This document shows, piece by piece, positions 9,216-19,270 of a stretch of 56,064 nucleotides of DNA. The notes under the pieces were generated by a model that searched no databases, was not told where the DNA came from, and worked only from the letters and a program-made list of their open reading frames with translations. Every line of letters begins with the position of its first letter. Within the stretch, counting starts at the first letter, position 1. Position numbers and translations under genes: made by a program. The stretch comes from an uncultured bacterium (GTDB lineage: Bacteria; JAJVIF01; JAPKYR01): NCBI GenBank assembly GCA_965369865.1, contig CBDURU010000010.1:1-56064 (forward strand). The letters are read 5' to 3'.

Positions 9216-10955
9216 ATGAAACTCACCCTTCCAAAATATAAATGGGCTTTCAGAGAATCCGATCCCGACATCAATAGAAAAATTGCGGATGCTCTGCACC
9301 GGGAACTTGGACTGTCACCGTTCCTCCTGAGAATCCTTGTTTCGCGCGAGATCGATACCCCTGAAAAAATTCAGCTATTCCTGAATCCCTCTGCATCCGG
9401 AATCCTGCCACCGGAAGCGATTCCCAACCTTGAACAGGCAAAAGACCGCCTTGTTAAAGCCTGTAAAAATGCCGAACAGATCCTCGTCCATGGCGATTAC
9501 GATGTCGATGGTGTTGTCGGCGCGGTAATTCTCCATAAAACACTTAAGGACCTTGGATGCAAATCGCGAATTTTCCTTCCGAAACGCGACGAGGATGGTT
9601 TTGGGTTATCCATCAAGGCTGTTGAACTTGCTCAAAATGCCGGTATTGGCCTGATTGTTACCGTCGACTGCGGGATCTCTTCGACTGAGTCGGTCCAGGC
9701 AGCCACAGAAGCTGGGATTGAAGTAATTATTACCGATCACCATACGATTCCAGACTCTCCTCCAACCGGAGTGGTCCTCGTCCACCCGGAACTTGATGGT
9801 GATTACCCCGGTGGGAAAATTGCAGGGGCGACAGTAGGATTCAAACTGGCACTTGCATTGGTGGAGGCGATGGGCAGGGATCCCCTGGAAACAATGGACC
9901 GGTTTCTGCCGATGGTTGCTATCGCGACTGTCGCCGATGTCTGCCCACTGAACGGTGAAAACCGGCACCTTACAAAACTTGGACTTGCCGGGATCCCGTC
10001 TACCGAAATCCCGGGTTTGAAAGTACTCTACGAGGGTACTCGCCGCGATGGGAGCGGGGATTTTGTATCCGCGCGCGATGTCGGGTTTGGGATGGCTCCG
10101 CTTCTGAACGCCGCGGGTCGAATGGGCGATCCAGTGAATGCGTCGAAATTACTTCTTGCCAAAGATTCTGACAACGCGTGGAGACATTTCAGAACCCTCG
10201 AAAATTTGAACCGCCAGCGAAAAAGGACTATATCCCAGGTTGTCAGGCGGCTTATGCAGCTTCCGGAGGTGGCCTGGACAAAAATGGACGCGGGGGTCCT
10301 CGCGGTTATGGATTCGGACTGCACTGCCGGACTCGCCGGACTCGCGGCGATGCGGCTTGCCGAGCAAACCGGGCGGCCAACCTGCGTACTTGCGCCTTCC
10401 GGCACCGGCGATGAACTGGTTTATCGTGGAAGTATGCGGACTTCCGGAGGGGAGAACCTGATCGAACTTATGCAGCCGGTAACCCAAATTGCCGATCGCC
10501 TTGGCGGGCACCCGGGAGCGATCGGACTCACGGTCATGCCGGGTAACCTGAAACAGTTTATTAAGGCTTGTGCTGAAATTGAATGGTCTCCATCCCCAAA
10601 ATCGAAAACCCTCGATTTCGCCCTTGAATCGCCCTTAACCAGCCCGGAAGAAATCCTTGAGCTAGATGCCCTCCGCCCATGGGGTATGGGGAACCCGGAA
10701 CCGGAATTTGCCTTCGGACCCGTGAAGATCGAAAAAACACGGGCAGTGGGCAAAGAACTCGAACATATGCAGTTCAGGTTTGTTTCAAACGATGGCAATA
10801 TCGTAAAAGGGATAGGGTTCTCGATGGCGCAGTACTTCGAGGGCGGTAAAATAAGAGGCCAGCGATTTTTGACAGCCGGGCATTTCATGATTAATAGCTG
10901 GATGGGCAACGAGTCGGTGGAGTTCCAGGTTTCGGACATTGATTATGTAAAATAG
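9216..10955 (+). CDS. recJ: Single-stranded-DNA-specific exonuclease RecJ
   Basis: GDYDVDG, TVDCG, TDHH, ATVADV, NAAGRM, GGH, PWGMGNPEP. Confidence 0.96.
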   Translation: MKLTLPKYKWAFRESDPDINRKIADALHRELGLSPFLLRILVSREIDTPEKIQLFLNPSASGILPPEAIPNLEQAKDRLVKACKNAEQILVHGDYDVDGVVGAVILHKTLKDLGCKSRIFLPKRDEDGFGLSIKAVELAQNAGIGLIVTVDCGISSTESVQAATEAGIEVIITDHHTIPDSPPTGVVLVHPELDGDYPGGKIAGATVGFKLALALVEAMGRDPLETMDRFLPMVAIATVADVCPLNGENRHLTKLGLAGIPSTEIPGLKVLYEGTRRDGSGDFVSARDVGFGMAPLLNAAGRMGDPVNASKLLLAKDSDNAWRHFRTLENLNRQRKRTISQVVRRLMQLPEVAWTKMDAGVLAVMDSDCTAGLAGLAAMRLAEQTGRPTCVLAPSGTGDELVYRGSMRTSGGENLIELMQPVTQIADRLGGHPGAIGLTVMPGNLKQFIKACAEIEWSPSPKSKTLDFALESPLTSPEEILELDALRPWGMGNPEPEFAFGPVKIEKTRAVGKELEHMQFRFVSNDGNIVKGIGFSMAQYFEGGKIRGQRFLTAGHFMINSWMGNESVEFQVSDIDYVK

Positions 10956-11138
10956 ACCATAATTCAGTGCATTTTGTCCCCCCCCTAAAAAAAGCCTTTA
11001 ATGAGCCATTGTCTGTTTATTAACCGGGTGCCGACGACAAGCGGAGCGAAAGCGTAGCTTGTCGGCGTTCCCCCTCATTTCCCATTTCCATCCCCCCGCG
11101 TGGCATCCATAACCGCGTGGCGGCGACACGCTAAGATC

Positions 11139-11178
11139 GGGGACATCTCTTTTCGCCCATCGAAAAGCAGGTGTCCCC
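11139..11178 (+). repeat. REP-like hairpin family B (GGGGACATCTCTTTTCG...CGAAAAGCAGGTGTCCCC)
   Basis: Near-identical 40-bp copies at 20136-20175 and 29262-29301; partial at 29222-29242; inverted variant at 46683-46720. Confidence 0.9.
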
Positions 11179-11205
11179 ATCAATGCTATTTATGTCCACC
11201 CAAAC

Positions 11206-11285
11206 CGCGTGGCGGCGACATGCTGAGTGAGACATCTCCATCCCCCAAGCCTCGAAATCCTCCGTGTCGAACGTGCTTGTCGCCG
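11206..11285 (+). repeat. 80-bp dispersed element family C (CGCGTGGCGKCGAYAYGCTGAGTGAGACATCTC...CTCCGYGTCGAACGTGCTTGYCG)
   Basis: Three full-length 80-bp copies with inverted ends (also 20324-20403 and 29130-29209), each near a family-B hairpin. Confidence 0.9.
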
Positions 11286-11386
11286 ATTATCAATTCTAAA
11301 TATGTCCAATCAATTTTTTTATCAACATGTGATATAATATATACACTGGGCGATCATTGGATATAAATCTATGCTGGAGGTCTGAC

Positions 11387-11797
11387 ATGGCATTCGGTGC
11401 TGAAGCTGACAGTCTTATGAGACGAGCACGGATCAAGGTCAGGGAGATGTTAAACCGTGTTGACCGTGGTGAGGTCGACCACATGGTTCCCGACGCGTAC
11501 AACGTCATGTTTATGGCTGCCAAAGCTGCCTTGATGAAACGCGGGTTCGAGGTGGCCAGTCACCGTACCGTCGTTGCTACTTTCAGACGGGAATTCGTTA
11601 ACAAACGCCTGATCCCTCAGGAATTTGCGGAGTACCTGATAAAAATTCAAAAGTACTGGGAGGCTGAGGGCACCCCGGACGCCGAGCAGGTCGATCATGC
11701 CCGCGCGGAACGTATCGTGGAAGCGACTCACAAGATCGTCGAAGCCCTTGCCGAAACTATGAAAACCCGCTCCGACGAACCATTCCGAATTCGTTGA
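11387..11797 (+). CDS. Stand-alone HEPN-domain protein
   Basis: AYNVMFMAAKAAL..G...SHRTVVATFRREFV matches the pattern of MNT-associated HEPN domains; GGAGG RBS; no MNT gene adjacent. Confidence 0.7.
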   Translation: MAFGAEADSLMRRARIKVREMLNRVDRGEVDHMVPDAYNVMFMAAKAALMKRGFEVASHRTVVATFRREFVNKRLIPQEFAEYLIKIQKYWEAEGTPDAEQVDHARAERIVEATHKIVEALAETMKTRSDEPFRIR

Positions 11798-11837
11798 TTT
11801 CCTCGTTTTATTCGCCAGTTATGTTCTTGATTAAAGT

Positions 11838-11865
11838 TCCCCTGCAAAAAGTGGGGATTTTTTTT
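11838..11865 (+). terminator. Candidate intrinsic terminator
   Basis: TCCCC-loop-GGGGA followed by T8, between convergent genes. Confidence 0.45.
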
Positions 11866-11874
11866 ATTTCAATC

Positions 11875-14800
11875 TCACCACAGCCTGATGGTAACCAGAT
11901 CCATAAATCCACGAGCCATGTAGATGCGATTATCCCTGACCACAAACTCAGGACCTCCATAAATTGTTGGTGTATCGGTTTGATATTTGGGCATAAATAC
12001 CCGTGCCGTATACTCCGGATAATCCGGGTATGTAGGGGCAAAATCAAGCCAATTGTAAATTATCATTTGTCCCCATAAGCCATCCATTGGAGGAATATCA
12101 GACATCAGGCCATACTGCCGGAAATAGTAAGGCCCATCTATTGCGATCCTGGCGGCGTGATTTTCATATGGACCCATTTTTTTAGCTTCGAAATCCTGCC
12201 ATAATCCAATGGGATATATCCATGGGCCGTAGTCATAATAGGGTATAGCTTGCGCACCGTCGACAAGAAAAGGCCATTTGGCGTTGATCCAGCCTATCGG
12301 CAAAGGAAGGTCAGTACGGCTTGCATCCTCGAACGGCCAATCGCTTGTCAGGTCGTACTTAACAATTGAATGATTTGTACGTGTCCAGAGCGCGTTTCCT
12401 TCGAAATTGACGTCCCAGACCTGACCATCATTGTTGTCCATTGGAGTTAACTTCCCCATGTACGAGGGATAGAATGGATCGGTAAGTTCATATACTTCAG
12501 CTCCAGTGGACGTTCCGATCGCAAGATAATGATCATCGCAGTCTATCTCGGTAGCGTCAGGATGAGAGAGAATTACCGTTTCGATGGGGCTTTCAGTATT
12601 AGTAAGGTCACAGACGACAACTCCTACACCTTCACTTAATGTGTATGCCACAAGTCCGGATGGTGATTTATGAAGCTTTACAAACATATTAGGACCTGAA
12701 CCAGCATCCATTCGGCTGAGGACGGTTGGAAATTCCGGAAGCGTTGAAACATCCGCGATAAGTAACCCCATGCTCCCTTCAGCTATTACTGCGATGTCAT
12801 CAACTACATCGACCGAGTGCACCATGCCCTCAAACTCATAATCAATCTGACCTAAAACAATTTCCGGGTTATCAGGATCGCGAAACCAGATTCCACCCTC
12901 ATGCGGCAATGAGGGCATCATATATTCACCGTAGCCTGTTATGAGGAGGTTGGAAGGCATATCTTTTACCATTGGGATAAATTCTTTTCCCCAATAAGTC
13001 CCTAGAAGTTCGGGTACCATTGGATCAGTAAAATCGATTACAGCCATTCCATAATCATAATTCGTGTTCATAATATTGTAATATCTTCTGTTGCCTCCTC
13101 GTGATCCTGCAACAATGTAAACATCAAAAGGAAGAATCTCAATCGGTCCGATCTCTGTCCATTCATTTTGATCATATACCCATTGCTTTAAGGGTTGGTT
13201 CTCACCTGGATATTCTGAGTAATAAAGAACATTACCTATTGTAAATGCATTCCAACAATAATCATTAAAGCCAATTATTAACTTTGGTAGATCGCCGATT
13301 GTTGAGGGTCGAGAATAAACAGTTAAACTATGCACATCACCTAACACGATCCAATCATCGGTTAAATCATAACATCTATAGAAGTCACCAGGTCCGAAAA
13401 TATCGGTGTAAGTTGGATTATTAAGGTCACTTAAATCAAGAATTGCTGCATAACTACCAAACTCGTCACCCGTACGCATAACTACCATGTGATTGAACAC
13501 TCCCAGCCATCTAGGAGAAATGTCATTATTTACCCCAGGTACTGGAGGTACAATGTAATCAGGCGAGTTAATGTCCGGGATTGGGTTTTCATCCAAATTA
13601 TAGACTCTGGTTTGCCGTTCAGCAGGTGGATACTCTCCATTCCATAAGGCAAAACCTGACCCAACTGCCCAGGGTTCTTGACCAGGACTTGGAACAGGAG
13701 CCAAACCGAGTATCAATTCACGTGGTGTCCCTAATGGCATTGGGTTCGATGGGTCAGAGATATCAAATGCCAACCAACCTTCATCATGGAAATTTGCCCA
13801 GAAAATGTTGTCTATAAAATAGTTTTCTAAAGTAGACACTGGCGGAAAATTTGGCCATAGATTCCAGACAACCTCCAATTGCGGATTTGTAATAATCCCT
13901 GACTCCTCAACCGTTACATCAAAATAACTGGAAACTTTCTTTTCACTGACTGAATCGGTTACATCCACCCGCAATGGATACGTTCCGGGTCCAGCATTGG
14001 CTTGATTCTGAATAACAACCTGCCAGTCATATTTATCGATCTTTGTCATTTCAACAATGCCCATTCCCAGCGCACCTGTATCCATAGTTACATAGGCAAT
14101 ATCATACTGATGGTCGTATACGCGGACATAGAACTTTAATTCACCACCAACCGTGTAGAGTGCCCCTTCCTGTTCATCCCACGTGTTAGTGATGAAATAA
14201 GGTTCTGTCGGCTTGCCCGGCCAGAATATTTCTATTACGAACTGAAATTGCAGGGACTCACCCTGGCCGGTAGGTAAATGCAGCGCCCATGACCTTGTTA
14301 TTTCGTCAAATGGATTTATCCATGAGTTATAAGTTGGAGCAAGGACAGTTTTGTAAGTAAATGACCGGGCTGGATCCAGATCAGGACCAACTCCGTCATA
14401 GTACCAGTCAAGGTATAAATCCACATCCTCAAGCATGAATGAATCATTCGGAAATAAGAAAACCGCTCTCAAAGCATAGAAAGTGATGTCTGCAGGATTC
14501 TTGATTGTTGTTTCAAATTCAAGAATTCCTGTAACAGGATCCCAATTTGTCACTGAGACTGAGAAACAATCCGGGCAAGCGGGTGAGAGCAGAAAATCCG
14601 TAATATCCAACCATGTGTCGGCATTTCGCTCATATACCAGTGTTTCCGTTTCGGGATCGAATGTAAAATCAAACGCTCCAACCGGATGCCATTCTCCGTC
14701 CATTGACGAACTTCGGTCATCAGAATGAGTTTCAGGAGTCAGGCTCTCTTCAGGTAAATTATCACCATTCTCACCAGATATCCCTGATTCACTTGGCTCA

Positions 14801-14904
14801 GGAACAACAGTATTCCCACCCTTCTGACATCCTTGGCAAAGGGTCAATAATAGAATTAATGCCAGCGGGAATTTAACCAATGAATTTTGTAAAGTCGCAG
14901 TCAT
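11875..14904 (-). CDS. Large lipoprotein with LVIVD-like beta-propeller repeats
   Basis: Leader ending LCQGC; repeats such as LAFDISDPSNP, ILDLSDLNNP, VIDFTDPMVP, VYELTDPFYP. Start taken at ATG 14904. Confidence 0.8.
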   Translation of the reverse strand: MTATLQNSLVKFPLALILLLTLCQGCQKGGNTVVPEPSESGISGENGDNLPEESLTPETHSDDRSSSMDGEWHPVGAFDFTFDPETETLVYERNADTWLDITDFLLSPACPDCFSVSVTNWDPVTGILEFETTIKNPADITFYALRAVFLFPNDSFMLEDVDLYLDWYYDGVGPDLDPARSFTYKTVLAPTYNSWINPFDEITRSWALHLPTGQGESLQFQFVIEIFWPGKPTEPYFITNTWDEQEGALYTVGGELKFYVRVYDHQYDIAYVTMDTGALGMGIVEMTKIDKYDWQVVIQNQANAGPGTYPLRVDVTDSVSEKKVSSYFDVTVEESGIITNPQLEVVWNLWPNFPPVSTLENYFIDNIFWANFHDEGWLAFDISDPSNPMPLGTPRELILGLAPVPSPGQEPWAVGSGFALWNGEYPPAERQTRVYNLDENPIPDINSPDYIVPPVPGVNNDISPRWLGVFNHMVVMRTGDEFGSYAAILDLSDLNNPTYTDIFGPGDFYRCYDLTDDWIVLGDVHSLTVYSRPSTIGDLPKLIIGFNDYCWNAFTIGNVLYYSEYPGENQPLKQWVYDQNEWTEIGPIEILPFDVYIVAGSRGGNRRYYNIMNTNYDYGMAVIDFTDPMVPELLGTYWGKEFIPMVKDMPSNLLITGYGEYMMPSLPHEGGIWFRDPDNPEIVLGQIDYEFEGMVHSVDVVDDIAVIAEGSMGLLIADVSTLPEFPTVLSRMDAGSGPNMFVKLHKSPSGLVAYTLSEGVGVVVCDLTNTESPIETVILSHPDATEIDCDDHYLAIGTSTGAEVYELTDPFYPSYMGKLTPMDNNDGQVWDVNFEGNALWTRTNHSIVKYDLTSDWPFEDASRTDLPLPIGWINAKWPFLVDGAQAIPYYDYGPWIYPIGLWQDFEAKKMGPYENHAARIAIDGPYYFRQYGLMSDIPPMDGLWGQMIIYNWLDFAPTYPDYPEYTARVFMPKYQTDTPTIYGGPEFVVRDNRIYMARGFMDLVTIRLW

Positions 14905-15083
14905 TTCAATATCTATATTATACCTTACATCTACAAACCCGAGGGTATCAGCAGAATCCTGTATGAACGTGTGAATCCCGGTCCATCCGAAAATCCACGC
15001 CCGCGATCCCACTTATCAATATTAATACTTTCCCATCCCCCCTTTAAAAAGTACAATGGTTGTACTCTACCGGAGGCATGTTT

Positions 15084-15953
15084 ATGAGATCTATTTCTGG
15101 AACCGCTTTAATCTTAATTCTTAACTTCCTGATTTTACCGGCCTTCCCATACCATTCCGCCGCGCAGGACACCAGTACCGATTCGTCTGATAATCCCGTA
15201 GATGAAACTGAAGAACGATTTGAGATGTCCCGCGAGGAACTCGATGCCCTGCTCATAAGGGTCGACAGGTTTTTCATAGACCAGGACATGGCCAATCTTA
15301 CCGTGGATGTCGATATCTACCGCGACCCGTCAAACCGTCTCAACGAACGGAACATTCGCGAGGGCGATCCGAGCCGTATCGCGGGACTCACCACCATTGT
15401 CAGCCATTTCGCCTACACATGGCCCGGTTTTTACGAATTGAAAGTTATGGGTCATCTGCTGGCGGGTTCAGAATTGCCCGCCGATGCCTCTTTTTTCTCT
15501 CAACTCCTTCCCATGCCTGGAGCTCCTGTTTATTCCGAAGAAACACAGGAACGATTTTTCATCCGGTTTGAAGCGTTGGATGAAATCGATGGCGAGCCTG
15601 TATACCGGGTAAGGTATTCGGCCAACGACCGTGACATCGAATTTTTCAACTATATCGTCTACTACATCAGCGTCGAACGTGAAGTGATCCTGAGGGTGGA
15701 GACCACGTTCGAAACCCCCTGGTATGAAGGGACCGGCAACGGGGATTTCTACTACGATGACTGGCTTGGGAAATATATCCCGATCTACGCCCATGGGAGC
15801 GTCCTGTTTTACCCGAACCGTCGAACGAATGTATGGGGACGCTGGTACCGCTGGGATTGGGACGAGCCGGAAGATATAATGCCTGCCGGAGAGCTTCCAA
15901 CCGATGATTATATTCTGGTCGAACCTGCCGATGATATCGGGATTAACGAATGA
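15084..15953 (+). CDS. Hypothetical secreted protein
   Basis: GGAGG RBS; signal peptide ending SAA-Q; start could be 15078. Confidence 0.7.
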   Translation: MRSISGTALILILNFLILPAFPYHSAAQDTSTDSSDNPVDETEERFEMSREELDALLIRVDRFFIDQDMANLTVDVDIYRDPSNRLNERNIREGDPSRIAGLTTIVSHFAYTWPGFYELKVMGHLLAGSELPADASFFSQLLPMPGAPVYSEETQERFFIRFEALDEIDGEPVYRVRYSANDRDIEFFNYIVYYISVEREVILRVETTFETPWYEGTGNGDFYYDDWLGKYIPIYAHGSVLFYPNRRTNVWGRWYRWDWDEPEDIMPAGELPTDDYILVEPADDIGINE

Positions 15954-15969
15954 TTCTGTCGTTTTCGTC

Positions 15970-15998
15970 TTGACAGCCATATGAAGCGGTGTTAAACC
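15970..15998 (+). promoter_or_regulatory. Candidate promoter of the bcr-like operon
   Basis: TTGACA-17 bp-TAAACC with a TGn extension. Confidence 0.55.
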
Positions 15999-16023
15999 AT
16001 CTTGTCTTAAGCGATGTTAAATC

Positions 16024-17223
16024 ATGCCTGTAGCTGTGCTGACAGAATTATTGAAAGCGAAACTCGATGACCCGACTCACCCGGCGGTTTCGGAATGGAA
16101 GAGAAACCACCCGGATGGAAAAGCGATCGGGTGTTTTCCTATTTATATCCCGACCGACATGATCCATGCCGCCGGTATGCTGCCCGTGCAGATCGCGGGG
16201 GCAATGGGACAGCTTAAACTCGATGGCGCGGACGCTTATCTCCAGAGTTTCGTATGCTCGGTCGGTCGAAGTACACTGGAACTCAAACTCGATGGCTACC
16301 TCGATAACCTTGATGCGTTTATCATTCCGTCGGTTTGTGAGGTCTCCAGAGGATTGAGCGGGGTGATGCGGCGTATCGATCCCGAGAAGCCGGTAATCTA
16401 TTTAAATTACCCGCAGAATCTGAATTCAAAATTTTCTTTCGATTACCTTGTCGGCGAACTCACAAGGGTAAAATCCGAACTTGAAAAAATCTCAGGATCG
16501 CCGATCGCCGATGAAGCGTTGCTGAACTCTTTCGAGATTTACAATCAACGGGCGGCACTTCTTGCCAAACTCGATCAATACAGGTCGGACCATCCGGAAA
16601 AACTGAAAACGAGCGAGTTTTACGTTCTCAGGCTCGCTGGCATGACTGTCACGTGCGAGGAACACATTGCCGTCCTTAAAGAGGCCCTTAAGGCTCTTGA
16701 GGATACAGCGCCGCGCGAGACGCCAAAATTAAGAATGGTTTTTTTTGGGGCATTTTGCGAACGGCCCCCGGTTGCTATGCTTGAGGCTATCGAGGCGGAA
16801 GGTATCGCTATCGTTTCGGATGATATTCTCCTCGGCCAGCGTTGGTGGACTGAACCGCTCCCGACATCGGGAAATCCGATCGAAATCCTTGCCGACCATT
16901 ACCTGAAACATACTGTCCGAAATCCCGTTGTTTACCATGCTGACGCCGGGGTGTGCACGAACCTTCTGTCGGTAATTGATGAAAGGAAAGCGGATAGCCT
17001 CATTCTCTCTTCTGCCAAAACCTGCCATCCCGCTCTTCACGATATTCATCAAATTTTCAAATCGTGCGAAAAACACGGTATCCCCTATGTCAGGATCGAG
17101 TTTGAGGAAGACCAGCGGGTGTTCGAGTCTATAATTGTCCAGATTGAAGCTCTTCAGGAAGCCAGGGAACGCCTGCCGTTCGCCGGTACCTATCAGAATA
17201 ATTCGGGTATATGCAATGAATAA
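16024..17223 (+). CDS. 2-hydroxyacyl-CoA dehydratase / benzoyl-CoA reductase subunit (BcrC-like)
   Basis: IHAAGMLPV; Cys ligands in YLQSFVCS, PSVCE and KTCHP; first gene of a C-B-A-D-like order. Confidence 0.85.
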   Translation: MPVAVLTELLKAKLDDPTHPAVSEWKRNHPDGKAIGCFPIYIPTDMIHAAGMLPVQIAGAMGQLKLDGADAYLQSFVCSVGRSTLELKLDGYLDNLDAFIIPSVCEVSRGLSGVMRRIDPEKPVIYLNYPQNLNSKFSFDYLVGELTRVKSELEKISGSPIADEALLNSFEIYNQRAALLAKLDQYRSDHPEKLKTSEFYVLRLAGMTVTCEEHIAVLKEALKALEDTAPRETPKLRMVFFGAFCERPPVAMLEAIEAEGIAIVSDDILLGQRWWTEPLPTSGNPIEILADHYLKHTVRNPVVYHADAGVCTNLLSVIDERKADSLILSSAKTCHPALHDIHQIFKSCEKHGIPYVRIEFEEDQRVFESIIVQIEALQEARERLPFAGTYQNNSGICNE

Positions 17224-18484
17224 AATCGCGATGGAAGATAAGGCCAGGACAGCCTCGAGGGAACTCGTTCAGCGCCATTACCTCGAACTCGATGCCAGCG
17301 TGTCCGGTGATCGTAAGGTGGTCTATCTTTTCACGTCCGGCCTCATTTCCGAATTATTCCGTTCGTTCGATTTCATTGTCACTTATCCCGAAATGAACGC
17401 TATCCACAGTTCGCGCCGAAATATTTCCATCGATCTTATCCATGATGGCGAGGAACTCGGGTTTACATCGCATGTCTGCGATTATGTCAAATGCGATCTC
17501 GGCCTCATGGCTGGTCCTCGAAAGGGACAGACTCCTTTTGGGAAAATCCCGCCACCCGATTTGATCGTTATCACACATGGCGGCTGCTCCACTTATATTA
17601 AATGGGCCGAAGCGCTCGCTGGGGAGTTCCGGTGCCCGGTCAGGATCGTTGATGTTCCTTTCGTGCGGGAAGACCGGCAGACCGATTTCGACCACGTTTA
17701 TGTGCGCGGCCAGATCGAAGAACTGATCCCGGTCTGCGAGGAACTCAGCGGCCGGAAATTCGATCTGGACAAACTGAAAGAGATATTAAAACTCACTTCC
17801 GAAACCATCGAGCTCTGGAAGAAGCTCCAGGAGTACGGAAAGCTCAAACCGTCACCGTTCGATACTTATTTCGAAGGCGTTACATACATGGCCCCAATGA
17901 CCCTCTGGAGAGGAACGTTTGAAGCCCGGGATTATTACAAAAACGCGCACGATTTCATCTGCCAAAGGATCAAGACCGGTTATACGCCTTATGGAAAAGA
18001 AGATTTCAGGCTCCTGTTCGAGGGTGCTCCGCCATGGCCCAGAATCCGTGAATTCCAGCAGATGTTCAGCAATTGGCACGCTGTAGGGGTGACAAATACA
18101 TACGTAAGAACCGTCTGCGCGGCTTTGGATCTTCAATTCGGACCCGACAAACCCTTTGACTTTCTTGCCTCACTTGCCTCACAGAGCTACTACAACTGGA
18201 ACCTTGGTAAACGGCGAAGGTTTATGCTGGATCTCGCAAGGGATTATGAGATCGATGGAATCGTAATTCACTCGGTAAAGAGCTGCAGGCCGTTTTCTAT
18301 CGGGCAGCTCGATATGAGAAATTACTTCGCCCGCGAAGCCGATATCCCCACCCTGTATCTCGACAGTGATATCGCCGATCCGAGGTATTTCTCTTCGGCC
18401 CAGATGCAAAACAGGATCGACACATTTTTCGAAGCCTTAACACATAGAAAAGAACGGCGGTCCAAAGGGGATTTTAAAACATAA
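17216..18484 (+). CDS. 2-hydroxyacyl-CoA dehydratase / benzoyl-CoA reductase subunit (BcrB-like)
   Basis: YPE, VCDYVK, PPPD, GCSTYIKW, HSVKSCRP, DPRYFSSAQ..RIDTFFE; overlaps the upstream stop. Confidence 0.88.
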   Translation: MNKIAMEDKARTASRELVQRHYLELDASVSGDRKVVYLFTSGLISELFRSFDFIVTYPEMNAIHSSRRNISIDLIHDGEELGFTSHVCDYVKCDLGLMAGPRKGQTPFGKIPPPDLIVITHGGCSTYIKWAEALAGEFRCPVRIVDVPFVREDRQTDFDHVYVRGQIEELIPVCEELSGRKFDLDKLKEILKLTSETIELWKKLQEYGKLKPSPFDTYFEGVTYMAPMTLWRGTFEARDYYKNAHDFICQRIKTGYTPYGKEDFRLLFEGAPPWPRIREFQQMFSNWHAVGVTNTYVRTVCAALDLQFGPDKPFDFLASLASQSYYNWNLGKRRRFMLDLARDYEIDGIVIHSVKSCRPFSIGQLDMRNYFAREADIPTLYLDSDIADPRYFSSAQMQNRIDTFFEALTHRKERRSKGDFKT

Positions 18485-18487
18485 GCG

Positions 18488-19270
18488 ATGCTTTCATGCG
18501 GCATAGATATCGGAACCGCACAGACCAAGTGCGTCATTATCGACGGGAACAAGATCGTCCAGGGCCGGGGTATTGTCCATTCCGGCGCGAATCTCGCACG
18601 TGCCTCGCGTCATGCCCTCAAGGAAGCGTTGAAGGAAGCCGACTGCGAGGAATATGACCTCACGATTGTCACCGGCACCGGCTACGGGAGAGCCGCGATA
18701 CCGCTCAGCCATAAAAGCGCCACCGAGACATCGTGCCATGCAATCGGTTCGATCTACCGTTATCCCGGTTCACGCACGATCCTCGATATGGGTGGACAGG
18801 ACATGTCCGCGATACGAATCGATGAGACCGGCGCGGTTCTCGATTTCGCGATGAATGACAAGTGTTCGGCGGGAAGCGGCAGGTTTCTCGAAGCGCTGCC
18901 CGACATTGTCGGCATGCCGTTTGAGGAAATCCGTATTATTGAGCTTGAGAAAACAGAACCCCTTAGAATTACAAACGCATGTTCGGTTTTTGCCGAACAG
19001 GAAATCATAAATTATTTCGAGCACGGCGAGATCGTTGAAAATATCCTTGGTGGGGTTTTTATCTCGCTTGCGCGGCGCGGTGCGAGCCTTTTGCACCGTG
19101 TTGGTATCCAGGATGAAGTCACTTTCACTGGCGGGGTAAGCCAGGTAAAAGGAATTGCCAGAGCCCTTTCAGATCTTATTGAACATGACGTGAACGCCGG
19201 GATCGACGGTGTCTATATTGGTGCCCTTGGGGCTGCGATCCTGGGGTTGAGCGGAAGTCATAACTGGTGA
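18488..19270 (+). CDS. ATP-dependent CoA-enzyme activator (HgdC/BcrA/BcrD ASKHA family)
   Basis: GIDIG, TGYGR, DMGGQD, MNDKCSAGSGRF, NACSVFAE, TGGV. Confidence 0.92.
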   Translation: MLSCGIDIGTAQTKCVIIDGNKIVQGRGIVHSGANLARASRHALKEALKEADCEEYDLTIVTGTGYGRAAIPLSHKSATETSCHAIGSIYRYPGSRTILDMGGQDMSAIRIDETGAVLDFAMNDKCSAGSGRFLEALPDIVGMPFEEIRIIELEKTEPLRITNACSVFAEQEIINYFEHGEIVENILGGVFISLARRGASLLHRVGIQDEVTFTGGVSQVKGIARALSDLIEHDVNAGIDGVYIGALGAAILGLSGSHNW

